From Candidatus Nanohalobium sp. (GTDB lineage: Archaea; Nanohalarchaeota; Nanosalinia; Nanosalinales; Nanosalinaceae), in the NCBI GenBank assembly GCA_042217555.1, contig JBDGSL010000088.1, forward strand, positions 1 to 14,513: DNA of 14,513 bases. Reading direction: 5' to 3'. Positions 1 through 8,638 of the stretch are shown piece after piece (the first letter of the stretch is position 1; each line of letters starts with the position of its first letter). Under the pieces are notes generated by a model. The model saw nothing but the letters and a program-made list of their open reading frames with translations. It was not told where the DNA came from and made no database searches. The position numbers and the translations under genes were made by a program.

Positions 1-1
1 C

Positions 2-364
2 AGGGACTATCATGACTTCGACAAGCTCTTCAGCCACTTCAGGGATTTCTTCAGAGAGGCTGTCTCAGACAGTTGGAGGGCACCTAGCAATGAACAAAAG
101 GAGACCGCCAAAACAGAACTTCAGAGAATGATAGAAGAAGCATACCCAATATTTCTTTCATGGACTGAAAACAGAACTAAACCTGGAGATGCGGTTATGC
201 AGTATATAGAGGAAAATGAAAAGTGTTTCCAGAATATAGAAATCAAAAACAGAAAGGAGTTAGACTCTGGAAAAGTGAAACTATGGGCTTCAGCACCCCC
301 TAAGCTAGGTAAATTCATGCTAAATCCTGATTTTACAGTTAAAGTAAATCAAAAACAAAGATAG
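2..364 (+). CDS. Hypothetical protein, 5'-partial (begins before the window)
   Basis: The frame of ORF 128..364 is open back to position 2 (RDYHDFDKLFSHFRDFFREAVSDSWRAPSNEQKETAKTELQR-MIEE...). No recognisable motif. Confidence 0.7.
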   Translation, partial: RDYHDFDKLFSHFRDFFREAVSDSWRAPSNEQKETAKTELQRMIEEAYPIFLSWTENRTKPGDAVMQYIEENEKCFQNIEIKNRKELDSGKVKLWASAPPKLGKFMLNPDFTVKVNQKQR

Positions 365-377
365 AAGGAAATTACAT

Positions 378-2366
378 TCAACTCCTTTCAAATTCCCTCC
401 AATCTGCACTCCATCTTTCTTTTGCGAATTGGGAGATCCTTTTGCCTCTTTCCTTTACATCACTAACCTGCCATTCAGACTTCTCTAACTCATTTAGCAT
501 TTTAATAGAAGAATTTTTGTATAGGTTTCTATATTTCTCCTCATAAGGAGAGTTACCTTCCTTCTTATTGTCTCCTTTCCCTATTAAGGCAAGATTTCCT
601 AACCTATTCCTGTTTTTGTGATGAGGATTAAGCTTATGTCCAGCTTCTGCGTTCTTAGGAACTAAGTGCTCAATCTCGTATGCCTCATCCCATTCAGTGA
701 AAGGCGAGAATGTATTCATATCAGAGTCAGAACCATTTCTAAGTTCTCTCTCATACTCATAAAGCAAGTATTTTATGGAGGTTTTGTTCCTTATTCCTCC
801 CCATCCATTAGTAAACTCGCCGTCAATGACATCTTGCTTCTCTAAGTAGTCTTCTAGTCTTTCAGTAGAGCACAAGTCATCTAGCTTTTGTTTAAGCCTC
901 TTTTTTATTGTCATTACGCCTTTAGAGGCAGAACTGTACCCCTTATACCTATCATTCTCAGAATTGAAAACCTCCTCAATCAGTTCTGGTTTCGCCCTCG
1001 ACCAGAACAAGTCATTTGCTAGACTTGAAATGAGATTATTATAAGCATTAGAGCCTTGAGCGACAACTAAATTATATCTGAAAGTTAAGCACTCACATAG
1101 GTGTAGAATATCCACAAACTCCTCAGAATCAATATCAAATCTATGGGCAACCGATATGAGCAACGGAGCGAATGTGGTTTCAGCACCTCCATAGGTATTC
1201 AGACCTTGGATTCTATTCCGAGCAACCTCTATAAACTCGCTTTCATCACTAGAATGCTTATCCAAAAATACATCAGGATTGGTAAGCTCTACATAATACT
1301 CTGAAGCAGTTTTCAGCGAATCTACATATGCTCTTATCCACTTCTCGAGATTATCATTATCTACATGACCATAGTTTTCTACCTCTGCCACTCTCCGATC
1401 AATATCCATTGGTCCTTTACGCTTTGATCTTGTATGAGAGGGTTCTCCGGCAAAAGCAATCCAGTGTGCTTTAATCAGCTTATCTAACTCATTATCTCCA
1501 CACCCCTGATATTTTGTTACATTTCTTACGATCTGACCAAAGTCTCGGTATACATCTTGAACATCAAGGTCGCTTCTCGAGGCAGCATATACGATATGGC
1601 TCTTTACCTTATCTAGCAATGTTAGGTCCTTTCCTCGGTTATTGATTACTTTAAACATTCTTGCAGCTTCATCCATATCCTCAACAGACTTTACAGTAAC
1701 TTTCAGCCTTTGAGTAGCAGTCTTAAATACAGAATTGATAAAACTATTATATTCGCTTAACCAATCTGCATCTTCCTCCCTATACTCCTCTCTCCATGTT
1801 TTAATCCGCTCTCTAATAGTTTGTTTAGCGTTGATTATCCTATCCCCGGCAGAATGGCTTACAGAAGTTCTAACATCACTTGCTTCATCCCCCTTTATGA
1901 TCAATCTATTGTAAGCCTCCTGAGAAACCTCACCCAACTCTAGCTTTGGTTCTCCACCTCTCTCCAAATAGGTATTTTCCCAGCTCTCTATTGTATCATC
2001 AATGTTTTTTTCGCCCTCCCCCGGGATATCTTGGTGTTTAATCCATTCTAGTTCTTCGATTAGGCACTTTACTAGAATTGTTATTGTTGTAGCCCGTTGT
2101 TGACCATCTACTATAGAATACTTCTCGAAATTAACGAATTCGTGGACTTCATCTTCTTCACCTCTATCCTCCAAAACAAGAGTTCCAAAATAATGTTCTA
2201 CATCAGAGTCATCTGCTCTCCTATCCATTACAAACTTTATGTCATCTAACAAGTCATTAACATGTGAAGATTTCCAAGAATATTCTCTCTGATATTTCGG
2301 GATCACGAAGAGAGATTGATTAAACACAGAAGCTAACTTGAAGTCATCATCAGGGATTCCATCCAT
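378..2366 (-). CDS. DUF262 + DUF1524 (HNH) protein, GmrSD/SspE-like restriction nuclease, 662 aa
   Basis: DUF262 motifs IPKYQREYSW, YFGTLV, IVDGQQRATT and FKVINNRGKDLT. C-terminal HNH-type motifs EIEHLVP and RLGNLALIGKGDN. Confidence 0.92.
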   Translation of the reverse strand: MDGIPDDDFKLASVFNQSLFVIPKYQREYSWKSSHVNDLLDDIKFVMDRRADDSDVEHYFGTLVLEDRGEEDEVHEFVNFEKYSIVDGQQRATTITILVKCLIEELEWIKHQDIPGEGEKNIDDTIESWENTYLERGGEPKLELGEVSQEAYNRLIIKGDEASDVRTSVSHSAGDRIINAKQTIRERIKTWREEYREEDADWLSEYNSFINSVFKTATQRLKVTVKSVEDMDEAARMFKVINNRGKDLTLLDKVKSHIVYAASRSDLDVQDVYRDFGQIVRNVTKYQGCGDNELDKLIKAHWIAFAGEPSHTRSKRKGPMDIDRRVAEVENYGHVDNDNLEKWIRAYVDSLKTASEYYVELTNPDVFLDKHSSDESEFIEVARNRIQGLNTYGGAETTFAPLLISVAHRFDIDSEEFVDILHLCECLTFRYNLVVAQGSNAYNNLISSLANDLFWSRAKPELIEEVFNSENDRYKGYSSASKGVMTIKKRLKQKLDDLCSTERLEDYLEKQDVIDGEFTNGWGGIRNKTSIKYLLYEYERELRNGSDSDMNTFSPFTEWDEAYEIEHLVPKNAEAGHKLNPHHKNRNRLGNLALIGKGDNKKEGNSPYEEKYRNLYKNSSIKMLNELEKSEWQVSDVKERGKRISQFAKERWSADWREFERS

Positions 2367-2635
2367 ATTGATTTTTCTTTAATCCATTCTTATGAACTTT
2401 ATTCAGATTTAGAGCCAAAAATCCAGCTTTTCGCACACATAATGAAAAAGCTACTTGAAGTTTGATGACCTATAATTTTTCAGAGAAAACCTTCGGGATA
2501 TGTAGTAATATGCTAGAAGCCCCGAGAGTGAAAGGATCTAAGCATCAACTGTCTGGGTATAGGAAGGTTATAAGGAGAGTATTAAGTATCTAACGCCTTC
2601 CTTCACTCTTATATTCTACACTACTTGTAGAGATA

Positions 2636-4420
2636 TTAGTAATTTTTTCCAAATATCTCCATCAGCTTATCCTCAATCAAACTCTCTCTTCTTTCTTTAA
2701 ATTCTAAGAAATTTCCGAAGTCATGCATTCTTTCCTCTTGAGGGATTAAATGCTTCTCAGGGGATTTCTCAGACTGTTGCTTGATCCACTGTTTAAAGTC
2801 CTCGTCATTTTTGGTTCTATTCTCACTACCAGTCAATAATTGAAGATTACCTAAATCATTGTAAGATTCCATATACCTGCTGATTTTCTCTTCGGAATAA
2901 CCTCTTTCTCGCAGTTTTTCTTCATCAAACTTTGAATCAGGGAATATGTGATCCACATGGTACTTTATGTGGCCCCAGTCAGATCGGTCATATAGGAGGG
3001 TTAAAGCTAGGAAGGTTCTTTTCTTGCCATATTCAAACCCTAAGATATTATCTATAATTTCTTCGTTAAACCCTACAGTCTTACCTCTGCTTTTTAGTTT
3101 AGAATTAATTTTTTCGACAGGGAACTCTTCATCGGCCTCAATTGCTTCTCTAGCATCACGAAGGACCGTATCAGACTGGCCTCCAAATGTTCCATTAAGT
3201 AAAGAACTGAAGAACCATTTTTGGATCCTTCTTCTCGTTTCAGCACTTGCCTGATTTTCACCGTAAAGGTCGGCTTTAGGGTTTTTCATATAGAAGTAGG
3301 CTATCGGTATGAGAGCATTTTGGCTTGTAAGATTATTTGAGTCTACTCCGAAGCTGTTAACTAACTTAACTGCTTTTTCAATTGCTTTCTTTATATCTTC
3401 CCAGTTCTCTTTGATCTTTTCTAAGTTGCTTGCAGTGAAATTATCAACCTTATACCTTACTGGGAGCTCAGATAGCACCAACGAACTTTTTAGAACAAAA
3501 TCTTTATCGAAGTCGTTATCTTCGTTGAGGTTTTGATTGATATGGTCTACGAAGTTAGTTATCTCTTCTCTTGCGTTTATTTCATCTCCTGAACTGTTTT
3601 TAGCCCAGTTACCTACTGCCATAGAAAGAAGAAGATCTGACTTAGTTAATTGTGTTCCCCCATCATTAGTTCTTATGAATATGTCTAGTACCTTTTCCAT
3701 ATCTTGTTCTTTTTCGGTGTAGTAATTGACTATCTCATCTTTCTCAATAACTTGGTGGAGTTGCGTCAGATTATGTTTAATGTGGTATTCTTGCTCTGAT
3801 CCTGACTCTAAGCCACATTTTTCTCGAATTTCATTTATGTGCTCGTGCAATTCTCTGCTGTTATCGAAGTTTAGAATCTCTCCTACTCTATACCAGTATT
3901 CATCTTCATTATTCTCAGGATTGTGTTTGAACTCAAACTCATATTGCAGCCTGATATCTCCATCAGTTGTTTCTTCAGGATCAGAGAGGAGATTGAGATA
4001 AAGCTTTTTCTTTTTCCAGGCATCAGGGTTATTATACTGCTTCCATTTCTCTTTCGATGTATAACTTCCTTTTAAGCCTATATAGAGCGAGGATAGTCTT
4101 TGCTGACCATCTAAAACCAGTCTTATATCTGATTGACCGTTAGCTTCAGTTGTCTGATTCCTATTCAAGGCAGCATGGTTTATGTATTTCTTATTCGTAG
4201 TATAGTTCTGTATAAACTTGTATTTCACATATTCTTCCTTATTTTCCTTTTCAACTTTCCATAGGAGAAATGATCCAATAGGGTACTCTCTCATTAGGGA
4301 ATCGAAAAGCCTGACTATCTGATCTTCATCCCAAACAAACTCCCTCTGTATAGCAGGCAGATAATACTTAGAGTTAATCTTATCCACAGCTTCAGAAATA
4401 CTCTCAGTACTGTAACTCAT
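2636..4420 (-). CDS. DUF262 + DUF1524 (HNH) protein, GmrSD-like, 594 aa
   Basis: LPAIQREFVW, YPIGSFLLW, VLDGQQRLSSL and FIRTNDGGTQLTKSDLL. C-terminal HVDHIFP and DLGNLQLLTGSENRTK. Confidence 0.92.
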   Translation of the reverse strand: MSYSTESISEAVDKINSKYYLPAIQREFVWDEDQIVRLFDSLMREYPIGSFLLWKVEKENKEEYVKYKFIQNYTTNKKYINHAALNRNQTTEANGQSDIRLVLDGQQRLSSLYIGLKGSYTSKEKWKQYNNPDAWKKKKLYLNLLSDPEETTDGDIRLQYEFEFKHNPENNEDEYWYRVGEILNFDNSRELHEHINEIREKCGLESGSEQEYHIKHNLTQLHQVIEKDEIVNYYTEKEQDMEKVLDIFIRTNDGGTQLTKSDLLLSMAVGNWAKNSSGDEINAREEITNFVDHINQNLNEDNDFDKDFVLKSSLVLSELPVRYKVDNFTASNLEKIKENWEDIKKAIEKAVKLVNSFGVDSNNLTSQNALIPIAYFYMKNPKADLYGENQASAETRRRIQKWFFSSLLNGTFGGQSDTVLRDAREAIEADEEFPVEKINSKLKSRGKTVGFNEEIIDNILGFEYGKKRTFLALTLLYDRSDWGHIKYHVDHIFPDSKFDEEKLRERGYSEEKISRYMESYNDLGNLQLLTGSENRTKNDEDFKQWIKQQSEKSPEKHLIPQEERMHDFGNFLEFKERRESLIEDKLMEIFGKNY

Positions 4421-4535
4421 TAACTATGAAATGAACTTGAAGCCTTATCAAAATTTAGAACATCCTGATCTCATTTTTACACTACGAACAACAATTAAAG
4501 AAAAATATGTAACAGTTGATGGTTCATGAGCTATT
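4421..4535. promoter_or_regulatory. Putative divergent archaeal promoter region
   Basis: 115-bp AT-rich gap between divergent ATGs at 4420(-) and 4536(+). GAAAAATATGTAA (4500-4512) lies about 30 nt before 4536, and a TTTGATAA-like box lies about 30 nt before 4420 on the minus strand. Confidence 0.45.
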
Positions 4536-5471
4536 ATGGCCTTAGACGAACTTGAGAAAGTAGATCTGAGAGAAGAATGGGAAGATGAAGAAGCAGATTT
4601 CACCCCATGGATAGCAGATAACATAGAAAAAATAGAAGAAGTACTAGGAATGGAATTAGAAGTAAAAGACACCGAAAAATCAGCGGGATCTTTCAAAGCA
4701 GACATACTTGCAGAGGAACCTAATACAGAAAAAGAAATTGTAATAGAAAACCAACTAGGAAAGTCAGACCACAAACACCTTGGCCAGCTAATAACTTATG
4801 GTTCAGGTATTGAAGCCTTTACAGTAGTCTGGATATGCAGAAACCTAAAAGATGAACATAGAAAGGCCATAGACTGGCTAAACGAATCAACCAGAAAAGA
4901 CACCAACTTCTTCGCCCTGGAAATTGAACTCTATAAAATAGGAAACTCCAATCCAGCACCTAAATTTGATGTAGCGAGCGAACCAAATGAATGGTCAAGA
5001 AGAGTAAAGACTGAAACTGAATCACTAAGTCCTGTAGAAAAACTAAGACAGTCTTACTGGACAGAATTTAGAGCACATCTAGAGGAATCAGAACCACCAT
5101 TCTCCTTGAGAAACCCCTGGGAGAAAGCTTGGTACAGAGTAAGCATAGGCCGTTCTCATTTCGGAATAAATTGCAAAATAAGCAAACAGAAGAACAGATT
5201 AGCCGTAGAACTTTACTTTGATCCTGAACACGCAGAGAAATACTTCGACATGCTAAAGGAGGATAAAGAAGAGATTGAAGCAGAAATAGGCTCAGAGTTA
5301 GAGTGGGAAAGACTAGAAGGTAAAAATGCTTGTAGAATAGCATTATACGACAGATCTTCAGATGTAGAAGACAGAGAACAATGGGAAGCCCAATTCAACT
5401 GGCTGGAAGAAAACCTATACTCCTTTTACAACACCTTCAAAGGAAGAGTAAAGGAGCTAAAACTAGAATAA
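4536..5471 (+). CDS. PD-(D/E)XK (EndoNucS-like) nuclease with C-terminal DUF4268 domain, 311 aa
   Basis: N-terminal EEADFTPWIADNI, ADILA...IVIENQLGKSDHKHLGQLITY. C-terminal RQSYWTEF, KEEIEAEIGSELEWERLEGKNACRI and QWEAQFNWL are typical of DUF4268. Confidence 0.88.
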   Translation: MALDELEKVDLREEWEDEEADFTPWIADNIEKIEEVLGMELEVKDTEKSAGSFKADILAEEPNTEKEIVIENQLGKSDHKHLGQLITYGSGIEAFTVVWICRNLKDEHRKAIDWLNESTRKDTNFFALEIELYKIGNSNPAPKFDVASEPNEWSRRVKTETESLSPVEKLRQSYWTEFRAHLEESEPPFSLRNPWEKAWYRVSIGRSHFGINCKISKQKNRLAVELYFDPEHAEKYFDMLKEDKEEIEAEIGSELEWERLEGKNACRIALYDRSSDVEDREQWEAQFNWLEENLYSFYNTFKGRVKELKLE

Positions 5472-5494
5472 CAAGCTCAGTCTAAAAATAGAGA

Positions 5495-6256
5495 GTGAAA
5501 GAAATGAAAAACATGCCTAATATAGTGCAGATAGCTACTAAAGACATTTTGTACTACGAAGAATCTAAAGAAGAGAAACTTCTCAATTTTTGTGATGACC
5601 ACAATATCGATAGACTTCCAAGCTATAATGGAAAATATAAGTACATTAAGAGAGAAGATAAGTTTCAAAAAAAGGAAATAAAAGAAAAGGAAACGCTAAA
5701 AGCTTCTAAAGGATCTTTAGACAGCCAAGTTATGGAAAAATTTTCCGAAGAAGAATTCATATTTGTTTATAGAAACAATGAACTAATGGGCATTGCCTAC
5801 TTTTGCGACTATAACAGTGGCGTAATCTATGAGCATTTATATCAGAGAATTTATGAGCTAGAAACAGACATAAGAGAACTTCTAAGAAAGGAAAATCTTG
5901 ACTCTTCTGATATGGTCGAATTTATTGAACAGCATCCTATTTTTGAAAAATCCAGTAAAAGACATGATCCAGAGAATATCAAGAGTCACAGGCCTTTCCA
6001 AAATTCTAATCTTTCGGAATTAGTGAACTTTCTGCATGATAGAAGTGAATTCAGTCTAAAAATTGACCAGAGCAATCTAACGGATCTAAGAAATAAGGTA
6101 ATGCATGAAAAACAGTTTGTAGAGCATAATGACCACCAAGAAGATTCAATGGATTACGATCCAGAAACCTTCAAAGACTTCCGTAGAATGGTCAGAGTAT
6201 TAAGTGAATCTGAAAGTAAGGTTAGAAATCACATCAAATTGAAAGAGATGGATTGA
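5495..6256 (+). CDS. Putative CBS-like + HEPN (Swt1-like) domain protein, ~250 aa
   Basis: HEPN RxxxxH motif in DLRNKVMH, preceded by IYELETDIREL. The N-terminus has CBS-like NIDRLP and FIFVYRNNELMGIAYFCDYN. The start may be GTG 5495, ATG 5504 or ATG 5513. Confidence 0.65.
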   Translation: MKEMKNMPNIVQIATKDILYYEESKEEKLLNFCDDHNIDRLPSYNGKYKYIKREDKFQKKEIKEKETLKASKGSLDSQVMEKFSEEEFIFVYRNNELMGIAYFCDYNSGVIYEHLYQRIYELETDIRELLRKENLDSSDMVEFIEQHPIFEKSSKRHDPENIKSHRPFQNSNLSELVNFLHDRSEFSLKIDQSNLTDLRNKVMHEKQFVEHNDHQEDSMDYDPETFKDFRRMVRVLSESESKVRNHIKLKEMD

Positions 6257-6269
6257 GCATGATTTTGCA

Positions 6270-6524
6270 CTAGACATTTTCTGCCAGTTCTTTCATTTCT
6301 TTCTGTAGTTTCTGAAATTCTTTTGCCTTAAGTTCTCTTTCTTCTTGGAGTTCGTTCATTTTTCTGTGAGCTAATTTAATTGCAAATCTGGTAACTGCCG
6401 AGTTTCCTGTTTTCTCAGTTACAGAGTCAGGAACTTCCTCATCTAGGTATATTCTGAGATCTTCAAACTGATTCTTCCTTAACTCACTCTTCAGAATTGC
6501 TCGGGCTTCAATATCATCAGTCAT
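6270..6524 (-). CDS. Small hypothetical protein, possibly ribbon-helix-helix-like with a coiled-coil tail, 84 aa
   Basis: ATG start with an upstream TATA box. The strand-helix-helix pattern (IEARAIL / QFEDLRIYL / NSAVTRFAIKLA) is followed by a charged helix. The fold is inferred. Confidence 0.65.
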   Translation of the reverse strand: MTDDIEARAILKSELRKNQFEDLRIYLDEEVPDSVTEKTGNSAVTRFAIKLAHRKMNELQEERELKAKEFQKLQKEMKELAENV

Positions 6525-6544
6525 AAGTTTTGATTATGTCTTAT

Positions 6545-6552
6545 TTTATAAA
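6545..6552 (-). promoter_or_regulatory. Putative TATA box for 6270..6524 (likely leaderless transcript)
   Basis: TTTATAAA lies 21-28 nt upstream of ATG 6524. Confidence 0.55.
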
Positions 6553-6816
6553 TGACTTTGGAAGTTAGGGGTAAAAACCGAATAAATACAATCGGAAAAT
6601 GAGCTATATCGGAGTTTTTACACTAAAAATGTCAGATATTTCTGTAAATAGCAAGAATTGGCTGAAATTATTGGAATATTAATCTCGATACTACTCATTG
6701 TTTCCAATAATAGGATGTCAAAAATCGCCTCTAGTTTGCCCAAGATTAGATGGGAGAAAGGGGTAAAACCACATACTTCCCTTGGATATACAAAGGAAAT
6801 TGGGTAAGAAATTATT

Positions 6817-7731
6817 GTGACGGAAGATAAAGAGGATATTTACAGATTAGTTGATAGGTATCTCTGGGAGAACTATCCCTTTTCTGATAAAAGAGCATTT
6901 TTTCAGAAGCCTCTAGCCTACTTGTTTAACGGCAGTAAAGCCTCAGAAAAGTGGAGCAAGGAAGATGTGGAAAAACTATCTGAGGAACTCCAGGATAAAT
7001 ACAGTGAGGGAGAATATTGGCTTTGCAGAGTCTTTGAAGGCAGTTTACAGATAAACGCTATTCTATTAGTTTCTAGGGGAGAAATTAGACTGTTAGGTAT
7101 TAATTCAGAGGATAAATCCTTGCACTCTACTGCAGAGGTTCCTTATGAAGGCCTAGAAGTTAGAAAGAGAGGTAATAATCTTTTTGTTGAAAATGGTCTT
7201 GAAGGAGAAAGAAAGGAGATAGAACTGCTCCTGAGAGATTCTGATGAAGTTAATGAGGCAAAGGATAAGATTCTGGAGTTTATCCAAGAGATGGACTTGG
7301 AGGAGATACAAGGGAGATGGATTAGTAAGGAGAATGTGAAAGAGTATCAGCAAGCTCTTAAGTCCATAAATGAAGGTTTCAGGCATTTTACGCCTACTGA
7401 GTTCGAGTATTTCATAGGGTATCTTTTCCAGGAGAAAGGATTTGATGTAGAGGTTACTCAGCAATCAAATGATTATGGTGTTGATGTGATTGCAGAGGAT
7501 GAAGAGTCAAAGATAGCTATCCAGGTTAAGAGAAAGAAACCAGGCAATAAGGTAGGTTCCAAGACTGTAAGAGAATCATTAGGTTCTCTACACAAGTACA
7601 ATGCAGATGAGGCTCTCATAGTTACAAGTTCATCATTCACAAATCCTGCCATAGAACAAGGAAAGGACTCTCCTATCAAATTATGGGATAGAAGTATCCT
7701 GAAAGATGAAATTGAGAAAGTTATACTGTGA
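6817..7731 (+). CDS. Mrr-family (Mrr_cat) restriction endonuclease with an uncharacterised N-terminal region, 304 aa
   Basis: PTEFEYFIGYLFQEKGFDVEVTQQSNDYGVDVIA...IAIQVKR...VGSKTVRE...ALIVTSSSFTNPA...IKLWD is the canonical Mrr_cat signature. GTG start. Confidence 0.9.
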   Translation: MTEDKEDIYRLVDRYLWENYPFSDKRAFFQKPLAYLFNGSKASEKWSKEDVEKLSEELQDKYSEGEYWLCRVFEGSLQINAILLVSRGEIRLLGINSEDKSLHSTAEVPYEGLEVRKRGNNLFVENGLEGERKEIELLLRDSDEVNEAKDKILEFIQEMDLEEIQGRWISKENVKEYQQALKSINEGFRHFTPTEFEYFIGYLFQEKGFDVEVTQQSNDYGVDVIAEDEESKIAIQVKRKKPGNKVGSKTVRESLGSLHKYNADEALIVTSSSFTNPAIEQGKDSPIKLWDRSILKDEIEKVIL

Positions 7732-7732
7732 A

Positions 7733-8266
7733 TCAGTTTTCTCTCTCAGTTACTCCTAGTCTCTCCAGGTGCATGAAGTAGTATGGTAGTCCTAAGTATT
7801 TGCTTGCTTCTCCTACTCCTGCTCCTTTCTGGGAGTTGGATCTTCTTTTCCAATCAGTTACTTCTGCTCCATTCCATCTCAGTACGAACATGGGAGTAGT
7901 TCCATGTGTATCTCCTTGCCTCTGCAAGATCCCATAAACTCCAGGCTCTAAGTCACCAAGGTTCCCCTGGAACCATTCCTCAAAGTCCTTCCTGCATCTG
8001 ATGTCTTCTATAGCTGTTTGGTTCCTGGTAGAATCTTTCTTCCTTGGGAACTTGATCTTCTTCAATGGTTCTACCTTTTTCCAGTGTTCATCCATTCTGA
8101 GAAGGCCATCTCCTGCAGGTCTTTTTCCATCCCAGTCATGCTTTTCTCTTTTCAACAGGTTGTATCTTTTTCCAGGATCGAAATTCATCCTGTTTACCAG
8201 GAGATCTACTGCATGTTTCACTCTTTCTTCTTCCTTTGAGCCTTTGAGTTTCTGAGGTATGTTCAT
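7733..8266 (-). CDS. Hypothetical Lys/Arg-rich protein, 177 aa
   Basis: ATG start, a TTTTAAAG box 25-32 nt upstream on the minus strand, and no overlap with neighbouring genes. No recognised family. Confidence 0.75.
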   Translation of the reverse strand: MNIPQKLKGSKEEERVKHAVDLLVNRMNFDPGKRYNLLKREKHDWDGKRPAGDGLLRMDEHWKKVEPLKKIKFPRKKDSTRNQTAIEDIRCRKDFEEWFQGNLGDLEPGVYGILQRQGDTHGTTPMFVLRWNGAEVTDWKRRSNSQKGAGVGEASKYLGLPYYFMHLERLGVTEREN

Positions 8267-8461
8267 ATAGAATTAATTACCTTTGATTTGCTTTAAAATT
8301 ACCTAGAGAAACTGCAGAAACAGAACCAAAACAGGTTTATCACCACATCTTGTCTCCTTAGCATCCCAATCAAACAAGATTTTAGAGAGGTATCTGAAAG
8401 GCCTGAGAACAAAGGCCTCAATATACTCTCTAAAGACAGATTGGAAAATTGCTGAAAATCC

Positions 8462-8638
8462 CTAAACCAATCTCCTGAATACTTCTCGAATAAAGATCAT
8501 TATAGCAAAAAGAAAGATTAATAGTCCAGAAAATCTGAGAAATGAAATTTTCCCTAAAAATAATGCTACTAACAGACCACCAACTATACCTGATAGAAGA
8601 TTATATGTGACCTCCTCAACCTCTTTTTGAACCCTCAC
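8462..8638 (-). CDS. Small two-TM membrane protein, ~58 aa
   Basis: Two hydrophobic segments (LLSGIVGGLLVALFLG and FSGLLIFLFAIMIFI) followed by a basic tail. GTG 8638 is preferred over TTG 8719 because the latter is only ~10 nt from the divergent ATG 8729. Confidence 0.5.
   Translation of the reverse strand: MRVQKEVEEVTYNLLSGIVGGLLVALFLGKISFLRFSGLLIFLFAIMIFIREVFRRLV

Noticed and set aside
2588..2594. ATCTAAC matching the integron RYYYAAC core
   Set aside because: No correctly placed partner GTTRRRY box and no integrase in the window, so a canonical attC site is not supported.
2611..2634. TCTACA-CTACT-TGTAGA hairpin resembling a Cas12a repeat
   Set aside because: Single copy with no spacers and no cas genes, so not a CRISPR array.
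2967..4001. Several + strand ORFs of 61-95 aa
   Set aside because: Ser/Phe-rich antisense shadows of the DUF262 gene.
6655..6766. Short frame ELAEIIGILISILL... resembling a LAGLIDADG helix
   Set aside because: It lacks the acidic-Gly catalytic end, is very short and follows a stop codon, so it is probably chance.
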